From positions 1 through 21,295 of the forward strand of contig JBDRKP010000073.1 of NCBI GenBank assembly GCA_043813875.1: 21,295 nt of DNA, given 5' to 3'. How positions within the stretch are numbered: the first letter of the stretch is position 1; each line of letters starts with the position of its first letter. The DNA comes from an archaeon. GTDB lineage: Archaea; EX4484-52; B79-G9. Position numbers and translations under genes: made by a program. Shown here piece after piece: positions 15,735 through 21,295 of this stretch. The notes under the pieces are model-generated. The model ran no database searches, had not been told where the DNA came from, and saw nothing but the letters and a program-made list of their open reading frames with translations.

Positions 15735-17030
15735 ATGACTCCAATGAAGATAAGCGTAATCGGCTCAGGATACGCAGGCCTTGTGAACGCAGCAGGCTTT
15801 GCGCATATCGGAAACATCGTGACCTGCGTAGACATAGACCAAAAAAAGATTGACAAGATCAACAAAGGCATCTCCCCGATATACGAAGAAGGCCTTGAAG
15901 ACATACTGAAAAATGCCTTGAAAAATGGCAACATAAAAGCCACAACAGACACGAGATCAGCCATCATGGAAACAGACATAACATACATCGCAGTCGGCAC
16001 GCCATCCAAAGCAGACGGCTCCATCGACCTGAAATACATAAAAGCAGTCTCAGAAGACATAGGAAAAATTCTGAAAGAAAAAGAGAAATATCACCTCATC
16101 GTCGTCAAATCAACAGTGGTCCCGGGAACGACAGAAGACACAGTAGGAAGAACCATCGAACAGATCTCCGGCAAAAAAAGAGGAATCGACTTCGGGCTCG
16201 CCATGTCACCCGAATTCTTAAGAGAAGGAAAGGCGATGCAGGACTACCTGAAGCCGGACAGGGTGGTTATAGGCGCCCACGACAAAAAATCAGGCGACAT
16301 CCTTCACGAACTAAACAGCCCACTCACAGGAAACATCATAATGACAGACATAAAGACCGCAGAGATGATAAAATACACATCAAACGCCTTCCTTGCGACA
16401 AAGATATCATTCACGAACGAGATTGGAAACATCTGCAAAAAACTAAACATCGACGTCTACGACGTCATGAAAGGAGTCGGAGCAGACTTCCGCATATCCC
16501 CCTACTTCCTGAACGCCGGCTGCGGCTTCGGAGGCTCATGCTTCCCGAAAGACGTAAAAGCGCTGATAGCGAAGTCAATTGAACTAGGCTACGACCCCGG
16601 ACTCTTGAACAGCGTAATAACCGTCAACAAAAACCAGCCAGGAAAGATGATAGAATTGGCAAAAAAACACATAAGCGACCTGGATGGAAAAAAGATTACC
16701 CTACTCGGCCTCGCATTCAAGCCAGGCACAGACGACATACGGGAAGCCCCCGCAATAACGATAATTGAAGACTTACTAAAACAAGGTGCAATCATCACCG
16801 TCTACGATCCTGAGGCGCAAAAAAACATAGAAGCCATATTCCATGACAAGATAAATTACGCCGGAACAAAAGAACAGGCAATATCCGCATCAGACACCAT
16901 AATGCTGGTCACGGAATGGGACGAATTCAAAGACGAATCATTATACAATGGCAAATTCATAATTGACGGCAGAAAGACATTGAATAAAAAGACAGCAACA
17001 GACCGAAACTACGAAGGCATCTGCTGGTAA
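15735..17030 (+). CDS. ugd: UDP-glucose 6-dehydrogenase (AglM-like)
   Basis: GSGYAG, AVGTPS, KSTVVPGT, PEFLREG, AEMIKYTSNAFLATKISF, GFGGSCFPKD, GLAFKPGTDDIRE. Confidence 0.95.
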   Translation: MTPMKISVIGSGYAGLVNAAGFAHIGNIVTCVDIDQKKIDKINKGISPIYEEGLEDILKNALKNGNIKATTDTRSAIMETDITYIAVGTPSKADGSIDLKYIKAVSEDIGKILKEKEKYHLIVVKSTVVPGTTEDTVGRTIEQISGKKRGIDFGLAMSPEFLREGKAMQDYLKPDRVVIGAHDKKSGDILHELNSPLTGNIIMTDIKTAEMIKYTSNAFLATKISFTNEIGNICKKLNIDVYDVMKGVGADFRISPYFLNAGCGFGGSCFPKDVKALIAKSIELGYDPGLLNSVITVNKNQPGKMIELAKKHISDLDGKKITLLGLAFKPGTDDIREAPAITIIEDLLKQGAIITVYDPEAQKNIEAIFHDKINYAGTKEQAISASDTIMLVTEWDEFKDESLYNGKFIIDGRKTLNKKTATDRNYEGICW

Positions 17031-17053
17031 AAACGATATTCACTCGCATTCAT

Positions 17054-18748
17054 TCATTTCAAAACATCCTCTTTCTTAATCAAAAACCGCCCTATGACAA
17101 GATAATCAATATCAGTCTTAACCATACAGCGATACGCATCCTCAGGCGTACAGACAACAGGCTCGCCCGAATCATTAAAAGACGTATTGATCAAAACAGG
17201 AACACCGCTCAACTTACCGAATTCCTTCACAAGGTCATAATAAAGAGGATTCAATTCACGCCTTATGACCTGCACCCTCGCGCTGCCATCGACATGCACA
17301 ACAGCAGGAATCATAGCCTTTTTATCATCACGCACAGGGCAGACCGCAAGCATAAACTCCGTAAGCGACGTGACCGCATCATCGATGACAAAAAAAGAAC
17401 AAGCATCATCCTCACATACAACAGGTGCAAACGGCCTGAAAACCTCCCGGTGCTTGACATCCGCATTAAGAATCTCTTTCATTGAAGAAGTGCAGGGATT
17501 AGCCAGGATACTGCGCCCTCCAAGCGCCCTCGGTCCCCACTCCATCCGCCCTTCAAACCATCCGACCACCCCGCCATCAAAAATCAGGCGCGCAACAACG
17601 CCAACAAGCTCCACCTCACTCCCAAACTCCTGATACTTAATCCCACCCCGAGCAAGAAAAGATTTGACATAATCACAGGAATAAGAAGGTCCAAGAAAAG
17701 GGCTCAAAAAAGGGACAACATTTTTCTGCCCAAGTACCGCGCGATGCACATAAAAAGCAGCACCAATAGAAAGCCCACCGCCACCCGGATCAGGCAGCAC
17801 AAACACATTTTTAAAAGGAGATCTCTTCAAAACCCGCCCATTAGCAAGACAATTGAGGGCAAACTCACCGGATATGCACAAATTATGAGACGCGACGACA
17901 TCATGCGCATGACAGATCAATGCATAAAGCGCATCCTCAACACACATTTGTAAAGACGCCGCAATATCCTTGTGTCTCCGAGAGACTGGCTTACCTGGCA
18001 TCCTTTTAGGACCGAACAATTCTACAAACTTTGAAGAGACAACATATTCCATCCCCTTCCGCGCAAAAAAAGACATATCAACCACATAACTCCCATCACA
18101 TGAAACACAGACAACCTTATCGAACTTATCCGAATAAACAGTCTTTCCATAAGACGAAAGCCCCATGACCTTATATTCATCTCCCTTATCAGGAAACCCA
18201 AGATACACACTAACAGCCCGGTACAAAAGAGCGAGCGAATCAGGCGAAGAAAGGCCCTTCAAAAAAGCAACATTGCCATCGCTACCGCGACCCAAAACAG
18301 TGCAATATCTATCAACAGCATCATCCACCAGAACAAAAACAGCATCATCAAACCCGGAAGACAAAAAAGACCCGTACGCATGAGCAGGACAATACCCCAC
18401 GCGCTCGACAGCTCCCCTGTATCTCAACTCATCACGCAATATACCAGCAACAGAAGAATCAGACATCGAAAAACAACACCCGGAATCATCACAATTCAAA
18501 TCAATCCAGCCGCGAGCACCCAAAAAAGAATTATCAACATAATCGCGCACATAAAACCCCACACACCCAACATCATTTATTGAAATGCCTGCATAATCAA
18601 GACAAAAAGAGATAGAATTATACGGAAACCCAGATTCATTCTTTCTCCTGGTAAAACGCTCTTCAGCAGCAAGGCAAAGTATCTCACCATCTTTCAGAAG
18701 GCACGCAGACGAGCCCGCGACAAAGACAGACAATCCAAGGACATACAT
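17054..18748 (-). CDS. NodU/CmcH-family carbamoyltransferase-like protein with degenerate N-terminal metal motifs
   Basis: AAEERFTRRK, EYKVMGLSSYG, DIAASLQ, ALNCLANG, EWGPRALGGRSIL, KHREVFRPFAP, HVDGSARVQ, NTSFN. ATG 18748 with GTGA upstream preferred. Confidence 0.9.
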   Translation of the reverse strand: MYVLGLSVFVAGSSACLLKDGEILCLAAEERFTRRKNESGFPYNSISFCLDYAGISINDVGCVGFYVRDYVDNSFLGARGWIDLNCDDSGCCFSMSDSSVAGILRDELRYRGAVERVGYCPAHAYGSFLSSGFDDAVFVLVDDAVDRYCTVLGRGSDGNVAFLKGLSSPDSLALLYRAVSVYLGFPDKGDEYKVMGLSSYGKTVYSDKFDKVVCVSCDGSYVVDMSFFARKGMEYVVSSKFVELFGPKRMPGKPVSRRHKDIAASLQMCVEDALYALICHAHDVVASHNLCISGEFALNCLANGRVLKRSPFKNVFVLPDPGGGGLSIGAAFYVHRAVLGQKNVVPFLSPFLGPSYSCDYVKSFLARGGIKYQEFGSEVELVGVVARLIFDGGVVGWFEGRMEWGPRALGGRSILANPCTSSMKEILNADVKHREVFRPFAPVVCEDDACSFFVIDDAVTSLTEFMLAVCPVRDDKKAMIPAVVHVDGSARVQVIRRELNPLYYDLVKEFGKLSGVPVLINTSFNDSGEPVVCTPEDAYRCMVKTDIDYLVIGRFLIKKEDVLK

Positions 18749-18770
18749 AAACAGATCACACAATAAAAAA

Positions 18771-19580
18771 TTAAGAATGAATCAACTCATAAGCCTTCTT
18801 CAGATCACCCTTCTTATGGACATGTACATCTTTCCCGGACAAGACAAGCCCATAAAGCTGACCTGCTGCGACAAGCCGTGAAAAAACATCATCCTCAAGC
18901 GTCTCGCCATCCACAGAAAAAATATCAGGACTGGCGACAAATATCGGCGTAAACGCAATAAAACTGCTCGCAGACTTCACCTTCTGGCTGAACTCAAGCA
19001 CCCGGTTGCCATCAAGTTGCACAGTGCCCTTCTCAGACGGATGCGCAGCAGAAGACAAAGCAAGCGTCACAACACCTCCGTTGACAATATGCTCCTTATA
19101 CAGCCGGTTCAGGTCATACCTGAAAACAAGATCGCCGTAGACAACCAAAAAATCACCATCAATCTTTGCTGAAAGAAGCCGGAGCGTATCTGCAGTCCCG
19201 CGCGACTCAATCTCCTCGACATAATCAACAGAAACCCCAAAAGACTCACCGTTTTTCAACACCGAAAAGATACGCATAAGGACATTATTCCTGCCGGCAA
19301 CAAAAATCTTGGAAAAACCAAAATTCTTTAGCTGCCGTACAGTATCCTCGATAACCGTAGCATCGCCGATTTTTGCAACAAACCGGTAAGATCCATCCGA
19401 AAGCACTTGCTTATCCTCATCCCCGCCGCAAAGAATAGCAGCAACCCTCCTCTCACCGACCGATTTCTTCAAAAGGCACTCGATAGCATCAGACCTGTTC
19501 TTGATCCGGATGCCATCAACAATGGATTCAACAGCGCGAAGCACACTTGACTCAATAGTGACAGATATTTTCTCTTTCAT
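18771..19580 (-). CDS. RHH (CopG/NikR-like) DNA-binding domain fused to a degenerate sugar-phosphate nucleotidyltransferase domain
   Basis: MKEKISVTIESSVLRAVESIVDGIRIKNRSDAIECLL follows the RHH pattern. Then AAILCGG, GTADTLR, FLVVYGD, VLEFSQK. ATG 19580 with GGTG SD. Confidence 0.85.
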   Translation of the reverse strand: MKEKISVTIESSVLRAVESIVDGIRIKNRSDAIECLLKKSVGERRVAAILCGGDEDKQVLSDGSYRFVAKIGDATVIEDTVRQLKNFGFSKIFVAGRNNVLMRIFSVLKNGESFGVSVDYVEEIESRGTADTLRLLSAKIDGDFLVVYGDLVFRYDLNRLYKEHIVNGGVVTLALSSAAHPSEKGTVQLDGNRVLEFSQKVKSASSFIAFTPIFVASPDIFSVDGETLEDDVFSRLVAAGQLYGLVLSGKDVHVHKKGDLKKAYELIHS

Positions 19581-19596
19581 AAAAACACCATGGAAA

Positions 19597-19623
19597 TACA
19601 ATAATTACAATAATAACATAATT
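19597..19623. promoter_or_regulatory. Tandem 9-mer array TACAATAAT-TACAATAAT-AACATAATT over the predicted RHH-gene TSS
   Basis: Lies between minus-strand TTTATA (19639-19634) and ATG 19580. Confidence 0.55.
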
Positions 19624-19645
19624 GCATCTAAACTATAAATAATTA

Positions 19646-19679
19646 TCCTACCTTATCCTACACAAGTAAGATATTTAAA
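19646..19679 (+). promoter_or_regulatory. Promoter with shared TCCTAC box array (copy B)
   Basis: TCCTACcttaTCCTACacaaGTAAGAtatttaaa. Confidence 0.8.
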
Positions 19680-19723
19680 CAAGAAGCCAAATAGAGGACG
19701 AATAGAGAAATAGACGTGATAAC

Positions 19724-20566
19724 ATGATAGGAATAATCCCTGCAGCAGGAAAAGGCACAAGACTAAAGCCCATCACAGAAGCGATACCAAAAGAGCTCCT
19801 GCACTGCGGCTCAAAATGCCTTATCGAACACGCTCTTGAATCACTGAAACTCTGCGGCATAAAAAGAGCTTGCATAATAACAGGCCACAAAAAAGGCCCC
19901 CTCATAGACTTTGTAAAAGACGGCAGCCATTATGGCCTTGATGTAGACTTCGCATACCAGACAACACCGTCAGGACTCGGCCACGCGATATTATGCTCAA
20001 AAAACAAGATAAGAAATGACAACTTGGACCTCATGGTCCTGCTTGGCGACACTGTGATCGAGCCAAAAAGCATACTGATAGAACTGAAAGACACCCACAA
20101 AAAAGAAGCGCCGCTGGCAACATTCCTTCTCAAGGAAGTAGAAGACCCCGCACGTTGGGGAGTAGTAAGACTAAAAGACTTCAACAACGGCAAAGGCGAA
20201 ATCCAGGAAGTATTCGAAAAACCAGAGACCACTGAAGAGCAGAAGCGCTTTGAGATCGACGGCAAATACTACGCAATAATCGGCGTATATTGCCTGAACC
20301 AGAGAATATTCAGTTACCTTGAAAAAACTCCTAAAGGAAGAAACAACGAAATCCAGCTTACAGACGCCATAGAGCTCGGCCTGAAAAACGGCGAAAAAGC
20401 AATAGGCATCAAATTCGAAGGGACTTGGTTAGACGTAGGCGCCCCGAAAACCTACCTTCTTGCCCAGTGGGAATTCTTCAGGAACAAGACAGAAAAAGAA
20501 ATACACGAACTGGCAGAAGAATGGGACAGGAGTGCAGAAAGGCTCAACAGCGAAAACAGCGAATAA
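19724..20566 (+). CDS. Glucose-1-phosphate nucleotidyltransferase (GalU/AglF or RmlA-like)
   Basis: [14 protein letters not shown]...[34 protein letters not shown]. Confidence 0.92.
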   Translation: MIGIIPAAGKGTRLKPITEAIPKELLHCGSKCLIEHALESLKLCGIKRACIITGHKKGPLIDFVKDGSHYGLDVDFAYQTTPSGLGHAILCSKNKIRNDNLDLMVLLGDTVIEPKSILIELKDTHKKEAPLATFLLKEVEDPARWGVVRLKDFNNGKGEIQEVFEKPETTEEQKRFEIDGKYYAIIGVYCLNQRIFSYLEKTPKGRNNEIQLTDAIELGLKNGEKAIGIKFEGTWLDVGAPKTYLLAQWEFFRNKTEKEIHELAEEWDRSAERLNSENSE

Positions 20567-20576
20567 AGTGACACAC

Positions 20577-21295
20577 ATGGCAAAAATCATAGTAACAGGC
20601 GGTTCCGGTTTTATAGGCTCCCATCTCATAGACCATCTGATAAACGACAATCACGAAATAATCTGCATCGACAATATGATAACTGGAGATTCCAAAAACA
20701 TTGCACACCTGAAAGACAATCCAAAGTTAAGATTAATCAGACACGACATCGTGGACCCCATCAGCCTAAAAGAAAAAATAGACTACATATTTCACATGGC
20801 ATCCCCTGCATCCCCCATAGACTACATGAAAATCCCGACAGAAACACTGCTCACGGGATCAATAGGCACAAAAAACATATTGGACCTGGCGCAAAAAAAC
20901 AACGCAAGATTCCTATTGGCATCCACATCAGAAATATACGGCGACCCATTGGAACACCCGCAGAAAGAGACATACTACGGAAATGTAAACTCTGTCGGCC
21001 CAAGGAGCTGCTACGACGAAGCAAAACGTTTTGCAGAGGCCCTCACGATGGCATATCACAGGAAACATGGGACAGACGTCGTCATCGCAAGAATATTCAA
21101 CACATACGGACCGAGAATGAGGCCAGGCGACGGCAGAGTCGTGCCGAACTTCATCACGCAGTCACTAAGAAACGATCCTATGACAGTAAACGGCGACGGC
21201 TCACAGACACGGAGCCTCTGCTACATAACGGACCTTATAGAAGGTCTTAGCAAACTTATGTTCTCAAACATTCAAGGCGAGGCAGTAAACCTCGG
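20577..21295 (+). CDS. uxs: UDP-glucuronic acid decarboxylase (UDP-xylose synthase), truncated by the window end
   Basis: Manual translation: [60 protein letters not shown]...[17 protein letters not shown]. Confidence 0.93.
   Translation, partial: MAKIIVTGGSGFIGSHLIDHLINDNHEIICIDNMITGDSKNIAHLKDNPKLRLIRHDIVDPISLKEKIDYIFHMASPASPIDYMKIPTETLLTGSIGTKNILDLAQKNNARFLLASTSEIYGDPLEHPQKETYYGNVNSVGPRSCYDEAKRFAEALTMAYHRKHGTDVVIARIFNTYGPRMRPGDGRVVPNFITQSLRNDPMTVNGDGSQTRSLCYITDLIEGLSKLMFSNIQGEAVNL

Overview
Archaeal chromosomal window: aNAC, secF-secD gene order, a geranylgeranyl reductase, oapABC and BRE/TATA promoters. A DPANN-like lineage is inferred from gene style, not proven. Left to right: two Cys-rich surface proteins with class III (pilin-type) signal peptides, one carrying a vWA/MIDAS domain; nac; a secF-secD-epimerase operon (-); an unannotated 34-aa sORF behind a repeat-rich leader; a membrane-anchored disordered protein; a geranylgeranyl reductase. 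Next comes a ~1.3-kb insertion hotspot. It holds a non-canonical Fic gene flanked by a 36-bp duplication of the reductase 3' end, a cupin gene remnant and a miniature IS200/IS605-type palindromic element. Then oapABC, a phosphohexomutase, marC and a sugar-nucleotide cluster: wecB-like epimerase, UDP-glucose dehydrogenase, a degenerate carbamoyltransferase, an RHH + pseudo-nucleotidyltransferase fusion, a glucose-1-P nucleotidyltransferase and a UDP-GlcA decarboxylase cut by the window edge. The best candidate for an undescribed system is regulatory. A 33-bp promoter block (TCCTAC-N4-TCCTAC-N4-GTAAGA-TATA) is shared by the UDP-Glc dehydrogenase and nucleotidyltransferase/uxs promoters, and one copy is divergent from a probable nucleotide-sugar-sensing RHH transcription factor. 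All calls are by eye; no searches were run.
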